Virus record (IMG/VR): IMGVR_UViG_3300046542_000616
Length of the DNA stretch: 64,000 nt
Source of the DNA: a virus
Taxonomy: Duplodnaviria > Heunggongvirae > Uroviricota > Caudoviricetes
Direction: 5' to 3' (one strand)
Part shown: positions 29,145 through 37,886 of the stretch, piece after piece
How the letters are laid out: each line of letters begins with the position of its first letter
Position numbering within the stretch: position 1 is the first letter of the stretch
Program-made: the position numbers and the translations under genes
The notes under the pieces: model-generated
Told to the model about the DNA's origin: nothing
The model's input: only the letters and a program-made list of their open reading frames with translations
Databases searched by the model: none

Positions 29145-30059
29145 ATGGCTATCTATATCTACCAATTGCTGAATGGTTACAAGGAAAATGCGGAGCCATT
29201 CTCACGCTATTCCGCGTTTTCGGACGTCCCGGCGCCCACGCCAGAAGATGCCCGTAATTGGCTTATGGCAGTGCATGCCAAACGAGAACATCAGCTCCCG
29301 CAATACCTATCGCAAATACCACGGGCGTTGTGGAGCGATGGGTTACTCGAATTCGCGGTGAAATACGATCCAAAGGCGCTAAACTTGATCAGTCCGGCTG
29401 ATACCGGCATTTATCAGTCGCTGTGCGTCCAGGCTTATGCGGAGGACTTTGAGGCCGCAGGCCAGTTCCATGAGACATTCCGCACTTCAGAAACCGTGTT
29501 GCTCATGCTGGAAGCGAAAGGCGACTTCTATGAGAGCTACAAGCGCTTTCCGTGGATTGAAAGCGTGATGACGCCATCTGTTTTCAAGAAGGCGACCAGG
29601 AATTCCTTTGAGTTTTTACTCTCACGCCCGGTGTCTGAAATATCAGTGCCCACGCTAAACATCTGGTTCGGCGTTGGGACTGGGCATTATCAGCGTGCTC
29701 GAAAGGATGGGCGCCTCGACTTGCCCGCCACACTGCTCAAGTTGGGCTTTTGGCCACGCATTTTTAAGGTACTCGAGACGGACGTGCACGGAGACTTGGT
29801 CAATATTGAGGCCGAGGAAAGGCCTGACACACTCAAGCGTGGACTTGAGCTGGTAGTGGAAACGTCTGATTATTCTTTATGTGGCGTGTACATAGCCTAC
29901 GTCAAAACATTCCCCATTGCCGAGGTCATCCAGCAAGTCGATAACCGCAAGTACGTCCCGTTCATCATCGAGATGTACAAGGATGAGGAGCTTCGTCCCT
30001 ACATCAATACCAACCGGCATTTGAAGGCCGGGTTACTGGAAAGCGCGCTGGGTCTTTGA
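29145..30059 (+). CDS. family-A paralog (304 aa), last gene of the plus array
   Basis: ORF; FSDVPAPTPEDARNWL; C tail AGLLESALGL* without a downstream overlapping start; followed by terminator hairpin. Confidence 0.8.
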   Translation: MAIYIYQLLNGYKENAEPFSRYSAFSDVPAPTPEDARNWLMAVHAKREHQLPQYLSQIPRALWSDGLLEFAVKYDPKALNLISPADTGIYQSLCVQAYAEDFEAAGQFHETFRTSETVLLMLEAKGDFYESYKRFPWIESVMTPSVFKKATRNSFEFLLSRPVSEISVPTLNIWFGVGTGHYQRARKDGRLDLPATLLKLGFWPRIFKVLETDVHGDLVNIEAEERPDTLKRGLELVVETSDYSLCGVYIAYVKTFPIAEVIQQVDNRKYVPFIIEMYKDEELRPYINTNRHLKAGLLESALGL

Positions 30060-30066
30060 TTGACCA

Positions 30067-30100
30067 TTAAAAAAGCCTCCAAAGGAGGCTTCGTTGTGTT
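30067..30100. terminator. bidirectional rho-independent terminator hairpin (AAGCCTCC-AAA-GGAGGCTT) between convergent genes
   Basis: Perfect 8-bp stem flanked by an A-run and a T-rich tract; sits between the array end (30059) and the 3' end of the minus-strand gene (30112). Confidence 0.5.
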
Positions 30101-30111
30101 GTGGCCTGCCG

Positions 30112-31482
30112 TCAATGAGTCAGCTGAGATCCTTCATGTTTCTTGACTGCTGGTTTCTTCGTAATCTTTTCCATCAGGTCTTCATCCATGAAGGTCGACA
30201 ATGAGTCAGAATTCGACAAATCGATCACCGCCCTTAATATCGGGCTTGCAGCGGCCAGCTTGGCCTTCTCGTTGGCAAGCACTTCCTCGTAGGCTTCCTT
30301 AAACGCAATCTGCATTGGGTTGGACTGGAAGTCCTTTTGGTTCAGGTACGTCTGGCCCTCATTGTTGACCCCGGCAGCTTCAAACCCATAGCCTGGCCCA
30401 CTCATGACCATCACGGTTGAATGAAGCGCTTTTGGAGACGCTTGGAAGGCCTTGGCCGCCTCTTGCGCATCGAAGTACTTGGTTGGATCTCCAGTGATTT
30501 CATACCAAGGCCCATTGTGCTTGGCTTCGTGATCAAGAATGTCTTGATAGGCCTTCTGAAAGGACTTGGTCATGACGTGATCTTGGAAGTCCAATTTATT
30601 GAGAAATGCTTCACCACGACCGTTTACGCCAGCCACTTCATGTCCAATGCCCACGGCTTTTATGACAGAGACAGACGTATGTTCAACCTTCGGACTTTTA
30701 TGAAAGGCTGTCGCGGCCTCTTTAGCGTCGTAGTAGTTGGTGCTGTCACCTGGTAGAGAGAAATACGCCTGCTCAGCGGGTTTTTCCGGCTCAGGCGTTG
30801 CGACAATGGGCCCCGGTACATCAGGTGCTTCAGCAGCGGGCGCAATAACTGGTTCTGGTGCTTGTGGTGCAACCAAGATCGGGTCGATAGGCGCGATCAC
30901 TGGAGCTTGTTGTGCAACCACAGGGCGAGGGCCTAACGCCTCAATCAGTTTTTCCCAAGAGCTATGAAAGGCCTTGGTCATTGCATCATTCTGGAAATCA
31001 AGCTTGTTGAGGAAAGCTTGTCCAAGGGTATTGTTGCCAGCTACCTCGTGACCATAACCGACGCCTTTCATGACCAAGACTTGAGTCGATGGAGTGTTCC
31101 CCGCATCATAGAATGCTTGCGCCGCTGACGGTGCGTCATAAAACTTAGTGCTGTTACCAGACACGGAGAAATAAGGTCTCTCAGCAGGTTGTACGGGATC
31201 CGTTACTTTAGGCTCGCAAGGGATCTGGCGGTAGGCGCTCTGGAAGTCTTGCGTCATCTGGCTCGACTGGAAGTCCAGGAGGTTGAGGAAGGCTTCACCA
31301 TTGGCATTAACGCCCGCCACTTGGTAACCCATTCCTGGCGCGGTCATGACCATGACTTGTGTCATATGAGGGCGCTTTTTGGCCCTGGAGAAAGCCTCAG
31401 CTGCTTCCTGGGCATCTCTATAGATGGAGTCATCGTCTGGAGTCACAACGAAATATGGGTAATTGCGATAGTCGTTATTCAT
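30112..31482 (-). CDS. hypothetical protein with four tandem ~95-aa repeats and a Pro/Ala-rich linker
   Basis: 456-aa ORF; repeat unit YFS..G.sTkYYDA.EAA.AF..sPK...t.V.V.k.vGyGhEvAGvN..GEAFLNkLDFQ...MTkaF..aY occurs 4x; linker PVVAQQAPVIAPIDPILVAPQAPEPVIAPAAEAPDVPGP; no signal peptide. Confidence 0.7.
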   Translation of the reverse strand: MNNDYRNYPYFVVTPDDDSIYRDAQEAAEAFSRAKKRPHMTQVMVMTAPGMGYQVAGVNANGEAFLNLLDFQSSQMTQDFQSAYRQIPCEPKVTDPVQPAERPYFSVSGNSTKFYDAPSAAQAFYDAGNTPSTQVLVMKGVGYGHEVAGNNTLGQAFLNKLDFQNDAMTKAFHSSWEKLIEALGPRPVVAQQAPVIAPIDPILVAPQAPEPVIAPAAEAPDVPGPIVATPEPEKPAEQAYFSLPGDSTNYYDAKEAATAFHKSPKVEHTSVSVIKAVGIGHEVAGVNGRGEAFLNKLDFQDHVMTKSFQKAYQDILDHEAKHNGPWYEITGDPTKYFDAQEAAKAFQASPKALHSTVMVMSGPGYGFEAAGVNNEGQTYLNQKDFQSNPMQIAFKEAYEEVLANEKAKLAAASPILRAVIDLSNSDSLSTFMDEDLMEKITKKPAVKKHEGSQLTH

Positions 31483-31673
31483 GTAATTACCATCATTAGC
31501 ACTCTCTTTATCCCATTATTTCATATAAGCAATTGATGATTCAATTTGATGCATATGCCATTGAAATTTCGTTGAGTTAGTTAATGGCTTTCTAGTAATT
31601 AATAGTGAATTGACAATCTGTCAATCAGTGCGTAGGCTGTGTGCCAATCGTGGGGTGCATGAGGCGTCCCTGA

Positions 31674-32330
31674 TTGATCTGGCGAATTTATATGACCTCT
31701 TTACCTAAGAGAAACCCAAGCAGAAAGCAGGCTCGACTCGCTCTGCTGCTTGGCGCAGTTATCGCATCAGGCGCCGCCTTCTACGCGCTCACCCATGTGA
31801 TCGAAACGGCCCCCGGCACAAACACCGTGGTGGTCAATGCACCGCTGGTAGGTGAGTACTCCATCGAAAAAGAAGTCCTGGTGCCTGGCCGCAGCCTGCA
31901 TTGGAAATACACCTTCGGCATCCCGGTCAAGACAGACTTTGTCTCGATGATTTCTGGTGAGCATCTCGAAACCAAGGACGGCAAGTCCGTCACGCTCTTT
32001 GCCACGGTAAAGCTGCGGGTGACCGACCCTTACCTGCTGATCTCATCGTTCGGTGAGAATTGGCTCAGAGACTGGGCTGAGCCGGTCATGGAAGATGCCC
32101 TGGAGTCCTATGCCAGAAAGCATGAGCATGAGTATTTCCAGGCGATGAAGGGCCCACAGACTTCTTCATTTGAATTGCTCGAAAGGATTCAAGACGATTT
32201 CAAAGATCGCAGCATTCCCCTTGAGGTGCAGTACGCGGCGCCGGACTTCACCCCCTCATCGAAAGAGCCACGGTACGTGCAGGACGCTAATGCCAAGAAA
32301 TGGGCATTGAATCCTTCCTACAGCAAATAA
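31674..32330 (+). CDS. membrane-anchored protein, possibly SPFH/band-7-like (paralog 1)
   Basis: N-terminal TM helix (LALLLGAVIASGAAFYAL) then VVNAPLVGEYSIEKEVLVPGRSLHWKYTFGIPVKTDFVSM...VKLRVTDP resembling the SPFH core; true start may be the internal Met. Confidence 0.45.
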   Translation: MIWRIYMTSLPKRNPSRKQARLALLLGAVIASGAAFYALTHVIETAPGTNTVVVNAPLVGEYSIEKEVLVPGRSLHWKYTFGIPVKTDFVSMISGEHLETKDGKSVTLFATVKLRVTDPYLLISSFGENWLRDWAEPVMEDALESYARKHEHEYFQAMKGPQTSSFELLERIQDDFKDRSIPLEVQYAAPDFTPSSKEPRYVQDANAKKWALNPSYSK

Positions 32331-32349
32331 TTCACCTTCAGGACTTGTC

Positions 32350-32979
32350 ATGATGACCTCCGAATCTGAAAACCCTGTTCGCACCTGCAGCATTGTACTT
32401 GGCTTGATTGCGGCGACTGTCGCCTTTGCATTATTCCTTTCAGTGCACATTATCACTACCGGTCTTGGGTACGAGACGGTGCTGGTGAGCCAGCCAATCC
32501 TCGGTGACTACGAGGTGAAACCTCATGCCCTGAAGCCAGGCAGAAGCCTTCAGTTCACCACGGTTCATGGTGTCCCGGTGAAGACGGGGAAAATGCACTT
32601 TAACATTCGATACACAGATTATCCTCGAACCAGAGGCCCTGACTCCATTCAGGTGAAGCTGGTCGTCAGGTCGAATGACCCCGTCGAACTGGTCTCAAGA
32701 TTCGGCGAGTTCTGGTACACCGATCATGTCGAGGATGTCCTTCGGCAAGCTGTGACCAGTGTGGTCAGTGAATATTACAGAGGGGCTCCCATCGATAGCC
32801 CGGTCTTTCAAAATGACTTCAACCGCAGACTCAGAGCCGTAATCCAGCAAAAGTTTAAAGGTGCCGGTATCCCACTCAATGTTTTTACCGCTAGCGGTGA
32901 ATACACCACTTACCACAGCTCCAGTGGTTTCTTTAGGGCTCGAAATCGAGTAGCGGGTCAAGGAATAAGATACGAATAA
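32350..32979 (+). CDS. membrane-anchored protein, possibly SPFH/band-7-like (paralog 2)
   Basis: Same architecture as 31674..32330 (TM, then VLVSQPILGDYEVKPHALKPGRSLQFTTVHGVPVKT...VRSNDP); ~30% identical. Confidence 0.45.
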   Translation: MMTSESENPVRTCSIVLGLIAATVAFALFLSVHIITTGLGYETVLVSQPILGDYEVKPHALKPGRSLQFTTVHGVPVKTGKMHFNIRYTDYPRTRGPDSIQVKLVVRSNDPVELVSRFGEFWYTDHVEDVLRQAVTSVVSEYYRGAPIDSPVFQNDFNRRLRAVIQQKFKGAGIPLNVFTASGEYTTYHSSSGFFRARNRVAGQGIRYE

Positions 32980-33061
32980 TAACGGTAAATACATGATAAT
33001 TGACAATTTGCCAATTATCTGAAATACTTCAATCTCAAACCCATTAATAAGGAACACCCAA

Positions 33062-33985
33062 ATGGCTGGCGGTAGCCTGCTCACACTGTTTGACGACGTT
33101 ACCACTCTTTTGGATGACGTCGCCTTGCTGACCAAAACCACCACGCAAAAGACGGCGGGTGTTTTGGGCGACGATTTGGCCCTGAACGCAGAACAGGTTT
33201 CTGGCGTACGGGCTGAGCGCGAACTCCCAGTAGTGTGGGCCGTAGCGAAGGGATCGCTCAAAAACAAAGCCATTTTGGTTCCAGGCGCGATGCTGATCAG
33301 TGCTATTGCCCCTTGGGCTATCACCCCGATCCTGATGATCGGTGGTGCCTACCTGTGTTTGGAGGGATTCGAAAAGATCGCCCACAAATACCTGGATCAC
33401 TCGGCGGATGAAACTGCTGACGCTGAAGAGGCCAGGGCCGCTGCGGGTAAGTCGCCGGCAGAGCTTGAGCGAATCAAGGTAAAAGGAGCAATACGAACTG
33501 ATCTCATTCTCAGTATGGAGATCATGGCCATCGCCCTGGGCGCGGTAGCCGGTGCTTCTCTGCTGAATCAGTTCCTTGTTCTTACTGCTGTTGCGCTGCT
33601 GGTGACGGTGGGCGTTTATGGCCTCGTTGCCCTGATCGTTCGTATGGACGATGTAGGTTTTTACCTGGAAAAGAAACCGAGCCAGATGGCCAAAGCAGTC
33701 GGTCGAAAGATCATTCAGGCCGCGCCTATCCTCATGAAATTGCTAACAATTATCGGCACGTGTGCTATGTTTTTGGTGGGCGCGGGAATAATTCTTCACG
33801 GAGTTCCTGTCCTGTCCGACCTCAAGCATTCTATTGAGCACGCAGTCGAAGCCATCCCGGTGGTGAAGCTGATTACTCCTGTGATCATTGACGGTGTGGC
33901 GGGTGTCCTGATCGGCGCCCTTGTGATGGCCGGCGTGAGCTTGGTTGAAAAGGTGCGCGGTCTGTTCACGAAGACTGCCCAATAA
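33062..33985 (+). CDS. yedI: DUF808 family inner-membrane protein (YedI-like)
   Basis: MAGGSLLTLFDDVTTLLDDVALLTK...TAGVLGDDLALNAEQVSGVRAERELPVVWAVAKGSL closely matches my memory of the E. coli YedI N-terminus; multiple TM segments. Confidence 0.7.
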   Translation: MAGGSLLTLFDDVTTLLDDVALLTKTTTQKTAGVLGDDLALNAEQVSGVRAERELPVVWAVAKGSLKNKAILVPGAMLISAIAPWAITPILMIGGAYLCLEGFEKIAHKYLDHSADETADAEEARAAAGKSPAELERIKVKGAIRTDLILSMEIMAIALGAVAGASLLNQFLVLTAVALLVTVGVYGLVALIVRMDDVGFYLEKKPSQMAKAVGRKIIQAAPILMKLLTIIGTCAMFLVGAGIILHGVPVLSDLKHSIEHAVEAIPVVKLITPVIIDGVAGVLIGALVMAGVSLVEKVRGLFTKTAQ

Positions 33986-34102
33986 CCGTTGCTCAAAGCA
34001 AGAAACGCAGGATCAAGAGCGCGGGGGGAAAGCTTGTTTGGCTGCAAAAGCAAAGCGCTTTTCTCTTCGCTCTTTAGAATGTAGCTCTGGCCTGGAGGCC
34101 GC

Positions 34103-34339
34103 ATGATCATTGAAAACGTGCTGGAAAAGAGAGTGGCCACTGACCGTTGCCAGTGGATGGAGAACGGTAAGATCTACCAGATTGAAGATCTGTCTCGTGA
34201 AGACCTGATGCAAGTGGCGGCGCAGTCGTTGGCGCTAATCAACCGCGCCGAAAGCCGCGTGCAGAGTCTCTGTGCTGATCTTGAGTCGTGGCATAATGGC
34301 GAACCTATTCCACCAGATCTCGAAAAGGATCAGTGCTGA
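34103..34339 (+). CDS. small hypothetical protein (78 aa)
   Basis: ORF only; acidic, no recognised family. Confidence 0.3.
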   Translation: MIIENVLEKRVATDRCQWMENGKIYQIEDLSREDLMQVAAQSLALINRAESRVQSLCADLESWHNGEPIPPDLEKDQC

Positions 34340-34446
34340 TTGGGATTTACGGCGATATTGCCCATAAAACCGAAGGCTTAAGGCTCTCCATGGAGCGCCT
34401 TAGCCCACTTAAAGCTCACAGTAGCGCGCATTAAACCTCTTGCAGG

Positions 34447-34974
34447 ATGCCCATCATGCTCAAAAATATGACTCATCTCGACGTGCTCAAAACCGTCAAC
34501 GCTGGCATCGCACTGCATAACGTGTCGCAGTCGCTGACCACGGATCTGTATTCGGCTGATGTCTATTTTGCTGCCGGGTTCTGCGAGCAAAAACTGGCCG
34601 AGGGCCAAGCCATCATTGACGCCTTGCCGCAGCGCGATCAAAAACTGATTATGCTGCTGGCCAAGCAAACGCTGGAAGGTGGCAAGAACGGCGCCATCAT
34701 GGCACTGAGCAATGCGGGTGTGCAGATCGTTCTGGAAGAAAACGGTGATTCGCGTCGATTGGTCAGTACCGACTTTCAAGTGATAGCAGAAGTCTCTGGC
34801 ACTGGGTATAATGCGCCCATTGTTGTTCAATTGTCCGATGGCTTCAAAGTCCATGGTGAAACGCTGCTGGCTCATGCTGAAGTCGACGGCGAGAAGCGCT
34901 ATTTGATCAAACAGCGCACACCGGTAGCCCTGATCTGTGCTGCCATCGGCTTGATTAAAGAAAGGCGCTGGTAA
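34447..34974 (+). CDS. hypothetical protein (175 aa)
   Basis: ORF with protein-like composition; the antisense ORF 34378..34875 is judged a shadow. Confidence 0.45.
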   Translation: MPIMLKNMTHLDVLKTVNAGIALHNVSQSLTTDLYSADVYFAAGFCEQKLAEGQAIIDALPQRDQKLIMLLAKQTLEGGKNGAIMALSNAGVQIVLEENGDSRRLVSTDFQVIAEVSGTGYNAPIVVQLSDGFKVHGETLLAHAEVDGEKRYLIKQRTPVALICAAIGLIKERRW

Positions 34975-34996
34975 TCCCAGGCCTTAAGGCCGTGTA

Positions 34997-35479
34997 ATGA
35001 ATCCGCTGTACGAGCTGTTAGGGTTTCCGCAATTACCCGATATTGACACCCAGCTTGGCGCCGCCATCCATGATGAGCCGGCGCCGGAGCTTTTGGCGCT
35101 TTATCTGCAATTGTTGGTTGGGTTTCACCTCATCAGCGAACGTAACACCTACCCAGGTTACGCCATGGTCAGAAACGAGGGCGTGGCAGGGCCTGAGCAC
35201 GAGCTCCTGCAAGCGCACCAGAACGCGGTCATGTCGATAGCCAGGAAATCCCATGGTTATTGGCGTACCGCTGTTCTGGCGGCGAATCAGCGGGCCAGGC
35301 GGCACCATTGCATTGCGGTCACTCATCTTGAGTGGATCGAGCAGGTTGACCCTATCCTGTTCAGCGCCATGAAAAATATTGGCAGGCCATTTTGCAATCG
35401 GGATTGCGGCAGCCTGATGGTACATCTCAATATGGAACTAGAAGCCCGCCGCCCCCTGTTCAACCTTCAGGGGCACTAA
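34997..35479 (+). CDS. hypothetical protein (160 aa), paralog of 35507..36133
   Basis: Shares YWRTAV...WI.Q(V/I)DPILFSAM motif with the next gene. Confidence 0.5.
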   Translation: MNPLYELLGFPQLPDIDTQLGAAIHDEPAPELLALYLQLLVGFHLISERNTYPGYAMVRNEGVAGPEHELLQAHQNAVMSIARKSHGYWRTAVLAANQRARRHHCIAVTHLEWIEQVDPILFSAMKNIGRPFCNRDCGSLMVHLNMELEARRPLFNLQGH

Positions 35480-35506
35480 GGTGGCCGTTTTAGAGGGAGC
35501 AATGCC

Positions 35507-36133
35507 TTGAAAATTCTGCACAGCGATCTGATTTATCAGGCCCTTGAGCAATTAGGCCCGCCGTTGACGGTGGAGCCTGGGATTTTGCAATTCAAAGCCT
35601 ACACGCAGATGATCCGTGGCTTGTCGATGCATGTGTCTGGTGATCCCGAGATGGCCATGATGACGCTATCGCGCTTTATTGACAAAGGCCCGCCGATCAA
35701 TATCAAGGAAGAGCTGGAGGAGGCCGCCACCGCGCACTTTTACTGGCGCACGGCGATTGTCCGAATGTACGTGATTGCCAACCAGGTCAGTACGCTGAGC
35801 CTTCAGGATATCCGTTGGCTGCAGCGCATTGATCCGGTATTGTTCGCGGCGATGAGCGTGTCCCTGGAAAATAAAACGCATATTTCCTGCGTGCGCCTGA
35901 TGCATCACTACGGTCTGGAGGTTGCTCAGGCCAAGCCGCTTCGCTTCGAGGCACTGGAAGATTCGCTTCAACGCACCCCGCATGAGAGACAAATTGCGCA
36001 GTACATGAAACAGAAGGCTGACGAGGAGAGGGCCAAAGCACCACCCGTGCCCAAGCCTACCGAGCTACCGCCAAGCGGTGCCCGTCAGCTAATCAATAAA
36101 ATTGTCGCCGTTGTGCGCCACCGTAAAAAATGA
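35507..36133 (+). CDS. hypothetical protein (208 aa, TTG start), paralog of 34997..35479
   Basis: FYWRTAIVRMYVIANQVSTLSLQDIRWLQRIDPVLFAAM aligns with the previous gene; AGAGGGA RBS; Lys/Arg-rich tail. Confidence 0.5.
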   Translation: MKILHSDLIYQALEQLGPPLTVEPGILQFKAYTQMIRGLSMHVSGDPEMAMMTLSRFIDKGPPINIKEELEEAATAHFYWRTAIVRMYVIANQVSTLSLQDIRWLQRIDPVLFAAMSVSLENKTHISCVRLMHHYGLEVAQAKPLRFEALEDSLQRTPHERQIAQYMKQKADEERAKAPPVPKPTELPPSGARQLINKIVAVVRHRKK

Positions 36134-36145
36134 GATTGAATTTCC

Positions 36146-36619
36146 ATGATGGATACTACAAAACGAAATTGGGTTGATAGCACCTACGAAGCCATTTTTA
36201 CCGTCGAGCGTTATCTCGGTATCAAGGGTGACTGCCAGGGCGTGAAGGATTTTTCGACCCTGGCCAATTGGATCTACACCACTAATGCCTTCCCTTATTC
36301 CTTCATGCCAGAGCGCTGGGAAAAAGCGAAAGAAACCGCCCAGTCATTCGCGTCCTTTTTGCAAACGCTGCACCGGTCGATGCTGGAGGATGGTCACCTG
36401 ATCTTTGTCGAGGCTCAGGGCGGGCAGAGCTTCATGATCCTGAATGCCATGCCAGAAGATACTGACTTCATTCAGGAGGACTTCGAAAGGCGTAATCCGT
36501 TTACCCCGACCAAACGCTACGAAGTGCACACTGACGTGGCCCGGTTTATCGAAAAAGCTGAATGGTACGAAAGCCTGGGTGCCGAGATTCAGGCGCAAAA
36601 CGAAGCCGTAACGGCCTGA
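36146..36619 (+). CDS. hypothetical protein (157 aa)
   Basis: ORF; followed by terminator hairpin at 36678..36713. Confidence 0.5.
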   Translation: MMDTTKRNWVDSTYEAIFTVERYLGIKGDCQGVKDFSTLANWIYTTNAFPYSFMPERWEKAKETAQSFASFLQTLHRSMLEDGHLIFVEAQGGQSFMILNAMPEDTDFIQEDFERRNPFTPTKRYEVHTDVARFIEKAEWYESLGAEIQAQNEAVTA

Positions 36620-36677
36620 GGTTGGGCGGGGGAAGGATTGGGGTTACCTTTGCTGAGCACGCCCCATCCATTGAAGC

Positions 36678-36713
36678 AAAAAAGGCGAAACCATCACTGG
36701 CTTCGCCTTTTTT
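36678..36713 (+). terminator. rho-independent terminator AAAAAAGGCGAAACCATCACTGGCTTCGCCTTTTTT (copy 1 of a ~57-bp repeated element)
   Basis: GC stem flanked by A6 and T6; identical hairpin recurs at 37852..37886. Confidence 0.55.
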
Positions 36714-36756
36714 GCACCTGCTCTCTCCAATCAGTGATTGTTTAGTCTCCCGCTCT

Positions 36757-36792
36757 CTCACTACACTGTTGGGACAACCAGGAGATTTTTGC
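36757..36792 (+). promoter_or_regulatory. conserved promoter/leader of P-family gene 1 (CTCACTACACTG ... CCAGGAGATTTTTGCATG)
   Basis: Same -10-like CTA(T/C)ACTG box plus AGGAGATTTTTGC leader found at identical spacing before the two paralogs at 41003 and 42325. Confidence 0.45.
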
Positions 36793-37833
36793 ATGGCCGA
36801 TCTAAAAAAAGATCATTCCGGCGACTCGCGAAATGAGTTAGACGCTGCCGACAATGACATTCGCCCCCAGCAGAGGCTCGAAGACTTTGAAAGCGGTCGC
36901 ACGGATATCTTCGGCAACCAACATCGCAGCGGTTTCATCAATACCATTATCGATAAATCGAAGCCGTTGATTGAAAAATTATTCCCCAATAAAGATGCTC
37001 AGCCTGCATCGCCGGTGCGTTCTACAGAGCCCGCCACTAACGGCATCTACAAAGGCTTGAATCGAGCGGTCGACCATCCTACTGCGCATGGTGATGCTTT
37101 CTTTGGCGTATACCTCAGAGAAAAACCAGAAGAACGGCACCCGTTCAAAGCTTCAGATGAAAATTTCGAATACACCGCTCCCGATGCAGCGGGCATAAGG
37201 ACACCATTGATCTACCTGCGTCCGGTTGAAAAATCGGATCTGGACGTACTGAGGTCAAGCCTTATGAACCCAGGCTTCTCGATGTTCTCCAGTGAGATTC
37301 TGAGAGCGGTGATGAACTCACTGTCTGAAACCACACCGGTCACACGCCAGGAATTTGCAAAAGCCTTTGTGGACGCTATCCAGACGCCACAGGGTGCAAC
37401 GTTCACGGCAGCGGCTGCTCTGTCGTTGATCGCTACAGAACCAAAAGATCATCACGCTCCTCGTTTTCATGAACCCGTGCGCAGCTTGTACACCGAAGGT
37501 GAATGGCTTTCGCAAATAGGCACCGGGTCAACCAAGGAACACTATGGTGGCAAATTTGCTGTATCGGCTCAGATATTCCGAGTGGACGAGTTCAGCAAGA
37601 GCCCATTGACCGCTGATGAAATCAAAGCCATTCCGGCGCTAGCAGGTTTCTACGCCGATGCGTATCAAGAAGTTGGGCAGGATCACAGTGCTCATGCGCT
37701 CAGCGTCACCAATAAGCTGCGAGATGCCGGCTTCCCGAACGTGGCCGCTAATATCGCCAAGCGTCATGGCATCGAAATCAAAGTAGAGAAGCGCACCAAA
37801 CCGATAAGCTATGACGGAGGCCTGGGGATGTAA
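36793..37833 (+). CDS. P-family paralog 1 (347 aa), hypothetical; C-terminus ...YDGGLGM
   Basis: ATG at 36793 with AGGAG RBS (ORF 36562.. is an upstream extension containing the terminator hairpin); shares LSETTPVTRQEFAKAFVDAIQTP and LTADEIKAIPALAGFYADAYQEVGQDHSAHA blocks with 41003 and 42325. Confidence 0.7.
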   Translation: MADLKKDHSGDSRNELDAADNDIRPQQRLEDFESGRTDIFGNQHRSGFINTIIDKSKPLIEKLFPNKDAQPASPVRSTEPATNGIYKGLNRAVDHPTAHGDAFFGVYLREKPEERHPFKASDENFEYTAPDAAGIRTPLIYLRPVEKSDLDVLRSSLMNPGFSMFSSEILRAVMNSLSETTPVTRQEFAKAFVDAIQTPQGATFTAAAALSLIATEPKDHHAPRFHEPVRSLYTEGEWLSQIGTGSTKEHYGGKFAVSAQIFRVDEFSKSPLTADEIKAIPALAGFYADAYQEVGQDHSAHALSVTNKLRDAGFPNVAANIAKRHGIEIKVEKRTKPISYDGGLGM

Positions 37834-37851
37834 ACCTTCCCAGCTCCAAGC

Positions 37852-37886
37852 AAAAAAGGCGAAACCATCACTGGCTTCGCCTTTTT
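37852..37886 (+). terminator. rho-independent terminator (copy 2 of AAAAAAGGCGAAACCATCACTGGCTTCGCCTTTTT)
   Basis: Identical hairpin to 36678..36713; directly follows the stop of gene 36793..37833. Confidence 0.6.

Noticed and set aside
1-30059. Possibility that the regular ~880-bp periodicity is a CRISPR-like or satellite array.
   Set aside because: The units are full-length, intact, divergent protein-coding genes (30-70% identity) with start and stop codons. There are no short direct repeats with unique spacers.
36562-36792. Upstream extension of the P1 ORF (ORF track start 36562).
   Set aside because: The extension contains the terminator hairpin and the conserved promoter/leader. The ATG at 36793 with an AGGAG RBS aligns with the starts of paralogs P2 and P3.
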